The notes beneath the pieces were generated by a model. It saw nothing but the letters and a program-made list of their open reading frames with translations. It searched no databases and was not told where the DNA came from. Of a stretch of 64,000 bases of DNA, positions 1-10,553 are shown one piece after another. A program made the translations under genes and the position numbers. The stretch is taken from NCBI GenBank assembly GCA_963793205.1, contig CAWBZM010000008.1:59709-123708 (forward strand), in the 5' to 3' direction. The stretch is from an uncultured Gemmatimonadales bacterium. Lineage in GTDB: Bacteria > Gemmatimonadota > Gemmatimonadetes > Gemmatimonadales > GWC2-71-9. Each line of letters opens with the position of its first letter. Positions within the stretch are counted from its first letter, which is position 1.

Positions 1-1779
1 GCGGAACATCTGCGCGCGGTGACGGAGGTAGAACCGCGGCGCCTCTCTGAGGCCGCCGGCGACCGACTGCGGCTCCCGCGCGGGGATCTGGACCTCATCC
101 TGGCCAAGGCGCTCAAGAAAGCACCGGCCGAACGGTATCAGACGGTGGCAGAGTTCGGCACCGACCTGAAGGCGTACCTCGGGTACCGGCCGATCACCGC
201 CCGGCCCGACTCCTGGGGTTACCGGGCCCGCCGCTTTGTCCGCCGCAATCGTGGCAGCCTCATCGCCGCGGGAATTGTCGTCGCGGCGCTGAGTGCCAGC
301 ACGATCATCTCGTTGCGCCAGCTCACGGTGGCGCGTCAGCAACGGGATCTCGCCCGTCAGTCGATGCGGCGCACGGAGGCGAGTGTGACCTTCGAGAGCC
401 TGCTGTTCCGTGCGATGGATGGAGATGAGGAGAAGCCGTTCACCTATCGCGAACTGTTTGACCGCGCTCGCCAGCTCGTGGAAAGGCAGTTCCGGCATGA
501 CCCCGAGGCCCAGCTGCAGCTGCTCGCCCAGTTCGGGCAGCATTACCTGCGGCGCGATGAGCTGCCGAACGCCACCGAGACCCTGACCCGGGCACTCGTC
601 ATCGCCGATTCCTTTGGCCATCCTGAGTGGCAGGGACGGGCGCGCTGCAACCTCTCGCTCCCGCTCTCCAAAGACGGGAAGGGGGACACCGCCCTGGTCC
701 TGGTTCGGGCGGGCGAACGCTTTCTCCTTCCGCTGGAGAATGTCACCCGCGGCGCGTACAAGGCGTGCGACGATGCCGAGGGCGACGCCTTCATGGCGCT
801 GGGCAACGCCGACTCGGCGGGCGTCGCCTTTCAACGGACCCTCGATCGCTATACCGCCGATGGCGACACGACCGGGGAGGATTATGTCGTGGCGTTGAAT
901 AATCGCGCCCGGGCCGCCAATCTCGCCTTTGACCTCCGCGCAACCATCGCGGCACTGCGCCGCATGCTGGCGATGAGCAAGGCGGGGAGCACCAGCGACC
1001 CAAGCGCGCACCAGATCATCCTGCGGAACCTGGAGATCACCTATTCCCGGGCCGGGGAGTATCAAACCGACCTGGAGTTTCTCCGCAGCGAAATGCGGGA
1101 GATGGCGGGCGGACTCGATATAGATACCCTGCCTGACGCCATGCTCGATTACTACGGCAACGCCTTCGCGCAGCTCGGCATGGCCGATTCCGCCCGGAAG
1201 TGGCTGCAGCGTTCCCTGCAAAAGCCGGAGAACATCGGCAGGACGTATGAGGTGATCTCCCGCGCGTGGCTGGCGAATCTCGCGCGCGAAGGCGGGGACT
1301 CGAGTGCGGTGCAGGCACAGCTGGATACGATCGCCAGAATACGTGCCGGTGGTGGCATCTCGCGCTTCTGGGTCTCCCTGGTGGAGCTGGGCCGGGCCGG
1401 CGGAACTGCGGCGGAGGTCGAGGCCGTGGTGGTGCGGGAGCTGGACTCGGTCTCGTATGGGAAAGCTCGGGTCCAGCCGCTCGTCATGCACCTCGTCACG
1501 GCAGCCAGGAGTCTCAACCGCGCCGGTAATTTCGCCGCGGCCGCACGCTACGCCGACGCGGCGGTGGCGGCCGGACGATTCGACTCCGTCGCGTCCCGCC
1601 AGAACGGCCGTCTGGGAGCAGCCCTGATCGCCCAGGCAGAGGCCCGACTCGGCCTGGGAGATACCGCGAACGCGCGGACCTCGCTCAAGGCTGCCCTGCC
1701 ACCGCTTCGGCATGGGTTCGGCGAGCAGCACCCCCTGACCCTGGCGGCTGTAAGCAAACTCACCAGCCTTCCGCGGTAG
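1..1779 (+). CDS. Ser/Thr protein kinase with TM helix and TPR-like C-terminal region (5'-truncated by the window)
   Basis: Kinase C-lobe end 'GDLDLILAKALKKAPAERYQTVAEFGTDL..YL..RPI.AR', then a hydrophobic helix and helical TPR-like repeats. The frame is open from base 1. Confidence 0.85.
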   Translation, partial: AEHLRAVTEVEPRRLSEAAGDRLRLPRGDLDLILAKALKKAPAERYQTVAEFGTDLKAYLGYRPITARPDSWGYRARRFVRRNRGSLIAAGIVVAALSASTIISLRQLTVARQQRDLARQSMRRTEASVTFESLLFRAMDGDEEKPFTYRELFDRARQLVERQFRHDPEAQLQLLAQFGQHYLRRDELPNATETLTRALVIADSFGHPEWQGRARCNLSLPLSKDGKGDTALVLVRAGERFLLPLENVTRGAYKACDDAEGDAFMALGNADSAGVAFQRTLDRYTADGDTTGEDYVVALNNRARAANLAFDLRATIAALRRMLAMSKAGSTSDPSAHQIILRNLEITYSRAGEYQTDLEFLRSEMREMAGGLDIDTLPDAMLDYYGNAFAQLGMADSARKWLQRSLQKPENIGRTYEVISRAWLANLAREGGDSSAVQAQLDTIARIRAGGGISRFWVSLVELGRAGGTAAEVEAVVVRELDSVSYGKARVQPLVMHLVTAARSLNRAGNFAAAARYADAAVAAGRFDSVASRQNGRLGAALIAQAEARLGLGDTANARTSLKAALPPLRHGFGEQHPLTLAAVSKLTSLPR

Positions 1780-1784
1780 GAGGC

Positions 1785-1890
1785 TTACCACCTACGCACG
1801 TACCCACGTACCCCGTACCCACGTACCCGCGTACCCGCTTACCTCCTACCCACCTACCCACGTACCCACGTACCCACGTACCCACGTACC
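1785..1890. repeat. 8-bp tandem repeat (CGTACCCA-like, about 13-14 imperfect units)
   Basis: Read directly: cacgtacccacgtaccccgtacccacgtaccc...; fills the gap between two convergent stop codons. Confidence 0.95.
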
Positions 1891-3090
1891 CTACTCCCCA
1901 CCCGCAATCCTGTAGATCCGTCCCGACGCCATCACCACGTAGAGCTCGTGCGCTCCGTCTTCGCCAAACGACACCACGTTGTCGTTGATGAGCGGCGACG
2001 CGAGCGCTGGCAGTGCCGGCTCCACCTCCGCCCCATTGGGCCGCAGGCTCCGGACCCAGCCGCTGCAGAAATCCCCGTAGAAGTAGACCCCGCGCAGTTC
2101 GGGATACTGGGCGCCTCGGTAGACCCGTCCGCCTACCACCGAGCAGGCGCCCCCGTGGCCATACTGCAGCACCGGCTCGATCAAGCCGGCGCGGGGACAG
2201 CCGACGGCGGGTGAGAAGCAGGCGTGGCCTTCGAGGAACGGCCAGCCAAAGTTGTTCCCACCCACCACCGGTCCCGGGAGATAGTTGATTTCTTCCCAGG
2301 TATTTTCGCCGACATCGGCCAGCCAGAGGGCACCGGTGGCGGCGTCGAAACTCCAGCGCCACGGGTTGCGCAGGCCCAGTTGCCAGATCTCCTCGCGCCA
2401 GCCGGGTCGTCCGACGTAGGGATTGTCCGGTGGAATCGCGTACGGTTCGGCGTGGTCGACATCGAGCCGGATGATCTTCCCCAGCAGCTGCATGCTGTCC
2501 TGGGCCGCCTCCCATGGTGCGCCGTTGGGGTGTCCGTCGCCGATGCCGAGGTACAGCATCCCGTCCGCCCCGAAGGTGAGGGTGCCGCCATAGAGCACCG
2601 TAGCGGGATCTTCGCTCTGGCTGAGGACCACCCGGCGCGTCGCGGGGTTCACGTGATCGAACGTGTCATCCGATTGATACTCCACCAGTTGAGCATCGCC
2701 TGAGAGATCGGCGTAGTAGACGAACAGGCGATGGTTCGTGGCATAGCCAGGGTGAAACGCGAGGCCATAGACCCCGTACTCCCCGGTGCTGGGACCGGTC
2801 AGCGCGGTCAGGTTGAGAAACGCCGAGTCCTGCCGGACCCCGGCGTGGGTCATCAGGATTCGGCCGGCCCGTTCCACCACCACGTAGCGGGAGGGTTGTC
2901 CCGGCGGAGCCACGATGGCCAGCGGAAAATCGTAGCCGGAATCGGCCGGGATCAGGCGCACCCCCTGGAGCACGCTTGTGGAGGTCGTATCACCGCAGGC
3001 GGCCAGCAGGCCCAGGCTCAGCACGGCCATCGAGGAACAGACAGGGAGCTGACGGCTCACGTGGGATTCCCGCTGGGAGGAGGGGTGCAT
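1891..3090 (-). CDS. PQQ-dependent sugar dehydrogenase (glucose/sorbosone dehydrogenase family), lipoprotein
   Basis: Lipobox LLAAC; motifs GLAFHP, FGADGMLY.G.GDG, IPPDNP, GLRNPWR.SFD, DVG....EEIN, N.GWP..EG. Confidence 0.9.
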   Translation of the reverse strand: MHPSSQRESHVSRQLPVCSSMAVLSLGLLAACGDTTSTSVLQGVRLIPADSGYDFPLAIVAPPGQPSRYVVVERAGRILMTHAGVRQDSAFLNLTALTGPSTGEYGVYGLAFHPGYATNHRLFVYYADLSGDAQLVEYQSDDTFDHVNPATRRVVLSQSEDPATVLYGGTLTFGADGMLYLGIGDGHPNGAPWEAAQDSMQLLGKIIRLDVDHAEPYAIPPDNPYVGRPGWREEIWQLGLRNPWRWSFDAATGALWLADVGENTWEEINYLPGPVVGGNNFGWPFLEGHACFSPAVGCPRAGLIEPVLQYGHGGACSVVGGRVYRGAQYPELRGVYFYGDFCSGWVRSLRPNGAEVEPALPALASPLINDNVVSFGEDGAHELYVVMASGRIYRIAGGE

Positions 3091-3220
3091 AAATAGTCAC
3101 GCCGCCATGGGGTCACCGGGACAGCGGCGGCGAGGCGCATGTCACTGTATCTTAGTGCCGGTGCCGACCGTGAGGGGGCGCCAATCGGGTTCCTCCCCAG
3201 ACTCTGACGCAAGTTGAATC

Positions 3221-4524
3221 ATGGATCTCTCGCTCTACTTCTGCGAGCAGCACTAGCAGGTGCGCGACATGGTCCGCGAGTTCGCCCGGCAGGAGGTGGC
3301 CCCGGTCGCCCGCGAACTCGATCGCACCTCGGAATTTCCCTGGGACAACATCCGCAAAATGGGCGAACTCGGCCTGCTCGGCGTGCCCTGGGCGGAGGAG
3401 CTCGGCGGGGCCGGGATGGACCAGCTCTCCTACTACATCACCATCCACGAGCTGGCCAAGGTCGATGCCAGCCACGCGCTCACCATCAGCGCCCATACCA
3501 ACCTGGGCACCTCGCCCATCGTCGAATTCGGGACCGAGGAGCAGCAGCGGCGGTACGTCCCGCTGCTCGCCTCCGGCCAGGTGCTGGGCGGGTTCGGCCT
3601 GACCGAGCCGGGCGCCGGCAGCGACGCCGGCGGGACGGCCACCACCGCCGTCGACAAGGGCGACCATTTCGTCCTGAACGGCTCCAAGGTCTTCATCACC
3701 CATGCCGGCGTCGGCGAGATCTTCTCCGTCACCGCCCGCACCGACCCCGGGACCGGGCAACAAGGGCATCACCAGCTTCATCGTCACCAAGGACACGGTG
3801 GACCTCGACCGCCTGCGCCAAGGCTCGGCGTCGGCCACGCGGCCGATCTGCCGAAGATCGCCGGGTTCCGGGCGGGCAAGAAGGAAGACAAGATGGGCTG
3901 GCGGGCCAGCGACACCCGCGAGCTGGTCTTCGAGGACGCCATCGTTCCGCAAGGAGAACCTGCTGGGCACTCGGGGCGAGGGGTTCGTCAACTTCCTCAA
4001 GACGCTCGACGCCGGCCGGATCGGCATCGCCGCCCTCTCGCTGGGGATCGCCGAAGGCGCCTACGAGGAGGCGCTGCGACTACGCCGGGGTCCGGAAGCA
4101 GTTCGGCAAGGCCATCGGCAGCTTCCAGGGGATCAGCTTCCAGCTGGCCGACATGGCCACGGAGATCGAGGCCGGCACCCACCTGCTCTACCACGCCGCC
4201 TGGCTCAAGCAGAACGGCAAGCCGTTCAAGAAGGAAGCGGCCATGGCCAAGCTCTACTGCTCCGAACTGGCCATGCGGGCCACCACCAAGGCGGTCCAGA
4301 TCTTCGGCGGCTACGGCTATACCACCGACTATCCGGTCGAGCGGATGATGCGGGACGCCAAGGTCTGCGAGATCGGGGAGGGGACCAGCGAGATCCAGCG
4401 GATCGTCATCGCCCGGGAGATCCTCGGGGACGGTCGTCAAATAGGCGACGGGAGGACTCGGTGGGGCCACGCCACTGGGACCGGCTGGGTCCGACGTCAT
4501 TGCCCTAACCCACGTACCATCTGA
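3221..4524 (+). CDS. Acyl-CoA dehydrogenase (in-frame TAG and several frameshifts, probably sequence errors; 3' end uncertain)
   Basis: [66 protein letters not shown] spread over three frames. Confidence 0.9.
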
Positions 4525-4951
4525 TCTTTAGCCCATGCTTTCCAGCTCTGGCTCGGCCTCCGTGGTATCAGCCGGCGGCAGCTGTCGCTCTCGGTCTGGG
4601 GACGTCTGCTCGGGGCTTGGCCTCGGCTCGCGGGGAGGCGCCCACGGGAGCCGCCCCGCACGCAGTCTCCGCCACATCGCCGGCACCGGCTCGACCGGCA
4701 GGGCAGGGCTCGGCCCGACCGCCGGACATCTGCTGGCGGCACTCCGTACGACTGTACTCGATTCCCATCGTGCCCGCGATCCGCCGCCACGGCGGACGCC
4801 GGGCGGTGCCAGGACAGGCCTCCGCCCCGGCGCTGCGGCGTCACGGCGGACCGGCCCCACCGGGTCTCCGACTCTCATGACTGGTTCCCCGACCTCCGAT
4901 CGCCGCCTCGGCGCACGGAGCCTCTGGGCCTGCCGGTCGAGGTTATCACGC

Positions 4952-6589
4952 GTGAAGCGCGAAATTCTCATCAACGGCGGCCAGCGGGAGACCCGCGTGG
5001 CCATCCTCGAGGACGACCGCCTGGTCGAACTGCTGGTCGACCGCCCCGATCACCGCCGGATCGTCGGCGACATCTATCTCGGCCGGGTCGAAGCGGTCCT
5101 GCCCGGCATCCAGGCCGCCTTCGTTGACATCGGCCTGGAGAAGAGCGCCTTCCTCCACGCCTCCGATCTGCTCGAGCCCGAGGAAGACGAAGAACCCTGC
5201 GACGAAGACGAGGCGACGAAGCCTTCGAAGAGGCGGAGGCTGAGGCCGAGGCGACCGCGCGGCCGAGGGCGGGGCCGCGGGACGCGCCGGTGCAGCCCGA
5301 ACCGCGTCAGCGCGAAGTCCGATCCCGCCGGGCCGTCCCCAACATCTCCGAGACTCCTCAAGAAGGGGCAGACCCTCCTGGTCCAGGTGACCAAGGAGCC
5401 GATCAGCACCAAGGGCTGCCGGGTCACCGCGCAGATTTCCCTGCCGGGCCGGTTCCTGGTGTACATGCCGTACGCCTCGAAGGTGGGCGTCAGCCGGAAG
5501 ATCGAAAGCCGGGAGCAGCGGGCCCGGCTGCGGGAAATGGTCACCGCGCTGCTGCCGAAGGACGCCGGCGGCGTCATCGTCCGGACGGTGGCCGAAGGGG
5601 TCACCGAGGAGCATTTCAAGCGGGAAATCGAGTCGCTGCTCGGCATCTGGAAGAAGATCAACCGGAAGAAGACCTTCGTCCGCGCGCCCGGCGCTGGTCC
5701 AGCGCGAGACCAGCCTGACCCGCGGGCATCATCCGCGACCTCTTCAGCGCCAAGGTCGACGCGCTCCATGTCGACTCCAAGGAACTGTACAACGAGATCG
5801 AGCAGTATCTCGAGCAGGTCGATCCCGAACTGATCGGCGGGTGCACGCATTACACCGAAGCGATACCCGCTGTTCGACAAGTTCGACATCGAGAACGGAG
5901 ATCCGCGACCTCTTCAAGGCCCGCTGCGAACTGCCGACCGGCGGGTCACATCATCATCCAGCCCACCGAAGCGCTGGTCTCGATCGACGTCAACACCGGG
6001 CGCTACACCGGCAAGAAGGATCCCGAAAAGACCATCCTCCGGACCAACCTCGAGGCCGCCCGGGAGATCGCCCGCCAGCTCCGGCTGCGCGACATCGGCG
6101 GGATCATCGTCTGCGACTTCATCGACATGGAGACCCGGGCCAACCGCGACCGGGTGCTGCAGGAGCTGCGGCACGCACCTCGGCCGGGACCGCGCCCGGA
6201 CCAAGGCGTTTGCCGTGTCGGAACTGGGCCTGATCGAGATGACCCGGCAGCGGGTCCGGCCCTCGCTCTGGCACTCCATGACCACCGAGTGCCCCGCCTG
6301 CAGCGGGACCGGCCGGGTGTTCACCCCGGAGGTGGTCGCCCGCCGGCTGGAGCGGTCCCTCAAGCCGGGCCGGCCGCGAGCGGCGGGAGCGCCAGCTGGC
6401 CGTCCGGCTGCACCCCGAGGTCGCCCTCTACCTGCTGGAAGAGGAGCCCAGGCTGATTCCAGGCCCTGGGCCGGACGACCGGCCTGGAGCTGGAGCTCCG
6501 GGACGACCCCATGATGCGGCTGGACGAGTTCCGGCTGATGAGCCGGCCCGGCGGGCAGGGACGTGACGGACCTGTACGCCGTGGCCTGA
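4952..6589 (+). CDS. Rne/Rng family ribonuclease (frameshifted)
   Basis: VKREILIN.., GDIYLGRVEAVLPGIQAAFVDIG, VQVTKEPISTKG, IDVNTG, IARQLRLRDIGGIIVCDFIDM, GLIEMTRQR, C..C.GTG across frames. Confidence 0.9.
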
Positions 6590-6657
6590 GGGGGCGGCCG
6601 GCAGGGATCGCCGCGACGCGTGCACCCTCCCGATCCGCATAGTGACGCCCCGGCGTC

Positions 6658-6685
6658 TTGCCAAACCCACGACCCTGTCTATACT
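6658..6685 (+). promoter_or_regulatory. Putative sigma70 promoter of rplU-rpmA
   Basis: TTGCCA-N16-TATACT about 45 nt upstream of the rplU ATG. Confidence 0.6.
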
Positions 6686-6729
6686 TACGGGCTCTAGAGC
6701 TCGGCATCTTTTCGGCACACGAGTCAGCC

Positions 6730-7048
6730 ATGTACGCGATTTTCCGCGCCCTGGGTAAGCAGTTCCGTGCGGAGAAGGGGCCAAGGTCTGCGCATTCCCC
6801 TCATGACGATGCGGAGCCCGGCACCAACGTGACGTTCGATGAGGTGCTGCTCTCCTCGGATGGCACCACGGTCAAGGCCGGCGCGCCGCTCGTCAAGGGC
6901 GCCAAGGTCGACGGCGGAAGTCGTCGGCGAGCGCAAGGACAAGAAGATCTACGTCTTCAAGTTCAAGCGCCGGAAGAACTATCGCCGGAAGACCGGCCAT
7001 CGGCAGAAGTTCACCGAAGTCCGTATCACCGATGTCTCGGTAGGCTGA
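6730..7048 (+). CDS. rplU: 50S ribosomal protein L21 (frameshifted)
   Basis: MYAIFRALGKQFR... and KIYVFKFKRRKNYRRKTGHRQKFTEVRI in different frames. Confidence 0.93.
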
Positions 7049-7055
7049 GGATACC

Positions 7056-7330
7056 ATGGCTCATAAAAAGGGCGTCGGCTCCAGCCGCAACGGCCGCGAC
7101 CAGCAATCCGCAGTACCTCGGCGTCAAGAAGTTCGGTGGCGAGAATGTGGCAGCCGGGCAACATCATCGTCCGCCAGCGCGGCACCAAGTTCCATCCCGG
7201 CAAGAACGTCGGTCAGGGCAGCGACGACACCCTGTTCGCCCTGGTCGATGGCGTGGTCAAGTTCGAGCACAAGGACAAGAAGCGGAAGAAGGTCTCGGTC
7301 TATCCCGCCATGGCAGAAGCTGCCAGCTGA
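7056..7330 (+). CDS. rpmA: 50S ribosomal protein L27 (frameshifted)
   Basis: [15 protein letters not shown] / [12 protein letters not shown] / [31 protein letters not shown]. Confidence 0.95.
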
Positions 7331-7353
7331 GCTGCTCCGCTCCCGCAGTACCG

Positions 7354-7390
7354 AAGGGCCCCGAGAAGAGATCGGGGCCCTTGCTGTTTC
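7354..7390 (+). terminator. Intrinsic terminator after rpmA
   Basis: AAGGGCCCCGA-loop-TCGGGGCCCTT followed by a T-rich tail (gctgtttc). Confidence 0.75.
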
Positions 7391-7395
7391 CAGCC

Positions 7396-7422
7396 TGAAA
7401 CATGCAGCCCCCGACCGCCGTT
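7396..7422 (+). promoter_or_regulatory. Putative ECF sigma promoter
   Basis: TGAAAC-N17-CGTT, 32 nt upstream of the ATG at 7455. Confidence 0.45.
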
Positions 7423-7454
7423 AGGTTACACGAGGCAACCACGGGAGGCAGGGC

Positions 7455-7793
7455 ATGTCCGGTATCATGGATCGACTGAACAACGAACTCGAGACCATCG
7501 GGAAACAGGCGCGGAGGGCGCTGGACGACGGGCGCCTGCAGATCGAGAAGTTCCGGTTGCAGCGCGAGCGCGACGAGGCAGCCAGGAAGCTGGGATACCT
7601 CTTCCACCAGCGCGAGCGGGGACGCACCATCGATCAGCTCGAGATGGATGCCTGGCTGGTACGGATCGACGTGTTGGAGGAGTCGATCCAGAAGGTCGAG
7701 CGGGAGATGGCGGCCGAGAAAGTTGAAGCCGTCACGGTGCAGACCAAGCCCGCGCCGGCTTCGGCCACCACGGGAGAGTCTGAGATCACCTGA
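7455..7793 (+). CDS. Hypothetical coiled-coil protein (112 aa)
   Basis: GGAGG RBS, clean ORF with typical codon usage, helical and charged sequence, followed by a terminator hairpin. Confidence 0.8.
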   Translation: MSGIMDRLNNELETIGKQARRALDDGRLQIEKFRLQRERDEAARKLGYLFHQRERGRTIDQLEMDAWLVRIDVLEESIQKVEREMAAEKVEAVTVQTKPAPASATTGESEIT

Positions 7794-7816
7794 GGGACGC
7801 TGGGGTCACGACGCAC

Positions 7817-7846
7817 GAAGGGGGAGCGGAACACCGCTCCCCCTTC
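7817..7846. terminator. Hairpin between convergent genes (likely bidirectional terminator)
   Basis: GAAGGGGGAGCGG-AACA-CCGCTCCCCCTTC, a perfect 13-bp stem. Confidence 0.8.
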
Positions 7847-7861
7847 ATGTATTTCGGGACC

Positions 7862-9130
7862 TCAGTACGTGGGTGGAAGGGTCCGGTAGCGGTCCAGCAG
7901 TTCCGTCTGCCGGCTGGTGTGTGGGACCTCTACACCGCGGATGTACACATGCTCGGCCCGACTGGCGAAGTCGAGCGGATCGCCCGACCAGACGACCACG
8001 TCGGCCACCTTGCCGACCTCCAGTGAGCCGTAACGATCGCCCAGCCCGAGCGCCCGAGCCGGCTCAAGGGTGATGGCGGCCAGTCCCTTGTCCCAGGTCA
8101 GGCCGAAGCGGACCGCATGACCCGCGGCCCAGCGGAGGTTCCGGGCGCCGCCGGTCTCCCCTTCGACCACTATGACCGTGACGCCGGCCTTCTGCAGCAG
8201 GCCGGGCGAGTCGAACCGCGCGCCCAGTCCGTCGAAGGTCGGAATATTGTTGATCGGGTTGATGATCACCGGCACCTTCGCCGCCGCCAGGTCAGGGGCA
8301 ATCTTCCACGCCTCAATGCCACCGGCGATGATCAGCCGCAGCTTGAACTCGGCCGCGAGCCGCAGGGCGCTGGCGATATCGCTCTCCCGGTTCGCGATCA
8401 TGATCACCGGGAGTTCGCCCCGCAGCATCGGCATCAGCGCCTCGAGCTGGTTGGCATCCGCCGCCAGTTTCTGGATTTCGTTCCGCCGGTAGTCCGCCTT
8501 GCGCTTGTCGTACTCGAGAGCATCCTGGAACAGCCCGCGCAGCGCCTGCAGGACTCCGGCACGACTGCCGCCGCCGGCTCCCTTGGCGTTCTCCCCGATA
8601 TTGATCACCATCGCCGCCGGGGAACGCACCACCATGGTCTCGATCCTGGCACCGGCGAGATCGATCACCACGCCCTGGCCAGCGACCAGCCCGTCCCCCG
8701 GACGGCTCAGCGCCGTGGTGACGCCCTCCAGCCGCGCGATGGGAATGAGGGGAGTCGCGGGATCGATGCCCTCGAGCACGTTGAACGCGGCGTTGATGGT
8801 GCCTTCGTGGCTTCCTTCATTAGTCGCGTCCACACTCCCGACCTGGCTCAAACCGAGATTGGAACCTGCATGGAAGAGTCCGGGCGTCACCACCTTCCCG
8901 GTCCCATCAATCCGGGTCGCGCCGCTGGGCACCGTCACATCGCGGCCCACGGCCACAATCTTCCCATTCTGCAGCACGATGGTGCCCGCCTGGATGACGG
9001 GCCCCGACACCGGGTGAATCGTGGCACCGGTGATCGCAATGGTCTGGGCGGCCAGCGGCGCCGTGGCAATGACGAGGGAGGCAACCAGGCCTGCGACCGT
9101 CATCCGCGCGAACCTGCGCGCCGGCCTCAC
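7862..9130 (-). CDS. Secreted amidohydrolase-family protein with degenerate metal ligands
   Basis: Signal peptide; GTIVLQNGKIVAVG, IDGTGKVVTPGL, GSLEVGKVADVVVWSGDP. The HxH position reads FHAGSNLG. GTG start overlaps the upstream stop. Confidence 0.85.
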   Translation of the reverse strand: MRPARRFARMTVAGLVASLVIATAPLAAQTIAITGATIHPVSGPVIQAGTIVLQNGKIVAVGRDVTVPSGATRIDGTGKVVTPGLFHAGSNLGLSQVGSVDATNEGSHEGTINAAFNVLEGIDPATPLIPIARLEGVTTALSRPGDGLVAGQGVVIDLAGARIETMVVRSPAAMVINIGENAKGAGGGSRAGVLQALRGLFQDALEYDKRKADYRRNEIQKLAADANQLEALMPMLRGELPVIMIANRESDIASALRLAAEFKLRLIIAGGIEAWKIAPDLAAAKVPVIINPINNIPTFDGLGARFDSPGLLQKAGVTVIVVEGETGGARNLRWAAGHAVRFGLTWDKGLAAITLEPARALGLGDRYGSLEVGKVADVVVWSGDPLDFASRAEHVYIRGVEVPHTSRQTELLDRYRTLPPTY

Positions 9131-10534
9131 TGTCCCACCCCCGGGGCGGTGATGCCGAGATTGAAGTCGGTCGCCGGCTGGTGCCGGGGATCGTTGCGGT
9201 CGTAGACCAGCCAGCCTTCGTTGTACACCTGTTCGGCCTTGCTGTAGATGGAGAAGGGGTCGCCGGACCAGAGTACGACGTCCGCCATTTTGCCCGCTTC
9301 GAGCGAGCCGGTCATCGAGTCGATGCCGAGGGCCCATGCCGGGTTGATGGTGATCCACTTGATGGCCTGCTCGCGGGTGACGCTGATCCCCGCCTGCTGC
9401 CCGGCGTAGAGCGCCTTGGCGGCTTCCTGATTCAGTCGCTGGATGCCGATGGGATCGTCGGAGTGGATGATGGCCCGGACGCCCGCCTGCTGCAACAGAG
9501 CGGCGTTCTGGGGCACCGCATCGAACGCCTCCATCTTGAAGCAGCACCAGTCGGCCCAGACCGAGGCGGCCACGCTGTCCTTCGCCAGCAGGTCGGCCAC
9601 CTTGTAGCCCTCGACGACGTGATGGAACGACCGGATGTGGAACCCGAACTCACGGGCCAGATCCATCATCTGAGCCATTTCATCCGCCCGATAGCAGTGA
9701 TTGTGCACCAGGATTTCGCCCCGCAGCACTCCTGCGAGGGTTTCGAGCTGCAGGTTCCGCTCCGGCGGCTCACCCTTGCGGTCTTTCAGCCAGTCGTCCC
9801 ACCGCTTCCGATAGCCCTCCGCCTCCAGGAACGCCTGCCGGTACCCCGCCATGTTGCCCATGCGGGTGGAGGGCCCCCGATTCTGGTAGACCCGCTTCGG
9901 GTTCTCACCACAGGCCATCTTCATGCCGTAGGGTGCGCCCGGCAGCTTCATCTCCTGGACGGTCCGCGCCGGCACCAGCCGCAGGGTGGCGGAGCGTCCG
10001 CCGATCAGGTTGGCGGAGTCCGGGCAGCGCCTGGATCACCGTGATCCCGCCAGCGATCGCGAGTGGGATCTGGGGATCCTGCGGCCAGAAGCTGTGTTCG
10101 GCCCACACCTGCGCCGTCACCGGGTTGGTGGCCTCGTTGCCGTCGCTTTCCGCGAAGGTACCGGGTGCGGAATAGACCCCGATATGGCTGTGGCTGTCGA
10201 TGATACCCGGCGTGACGAACTTGCCGGTGCCGTCAACGACCGTGGCATCCGTCGGCACCTGCACGTCCTTGCCGATCGACACGATGCGCCCGTCGCGGAA
10301 CAGGATTGACGAGCCTGTCAGTTCCTGGCCGGTCGCCGTCATGATCGTGGCGTTGCGGATCACCACCGGTCCGTTCGGGTGGCGATGATAGGTCGAGGGG
10401 TATTGCGGCCGCTGCCAGCTGCGGGAGGACGCCCCGTCGGCAGCGGGTGCGGGAGCAGTGGCGGTGGTCTGGGCGCTGGCGGCACAGCCGGTCAGGGCCA
10501 GCAGCAACACCGCGGCGCGGGGTCGTTGAGACAC
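9127..10534 (-). CDS. Amidohydrolase-family lipoprotein (one frameshift near 10015)
   Basis: Lipobox LTGC; IDSHSHIG, KMACGENPK, HNHCYR, FHHVVEG, HSDD, GSLEAGKMADVVLWSGDP. Joins ORFs 9905-10534 and 9127-9975. Confidence 0.88.
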
Positions 10535-10553
10535 GCGGGGACCTTCCTCTGGG

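Noticed and set aside
1760-2515. 251-aa ORF ending in GYVGTWVR-like repeats, and ORFs 33245-33571 and 33542-33811
   Set aside because: Translations of non-coding tandem repeats or shadow frames of real genes.
3254-3256. In-frame TAG in acyl-CoA dehydrogenase as pyrrolysine or stop-codon reassignment
   Set aside because: It lies in an error-dense zone, and TAG is a normal stop for many clean genes here (e.g. 1779, 20835, 27951).
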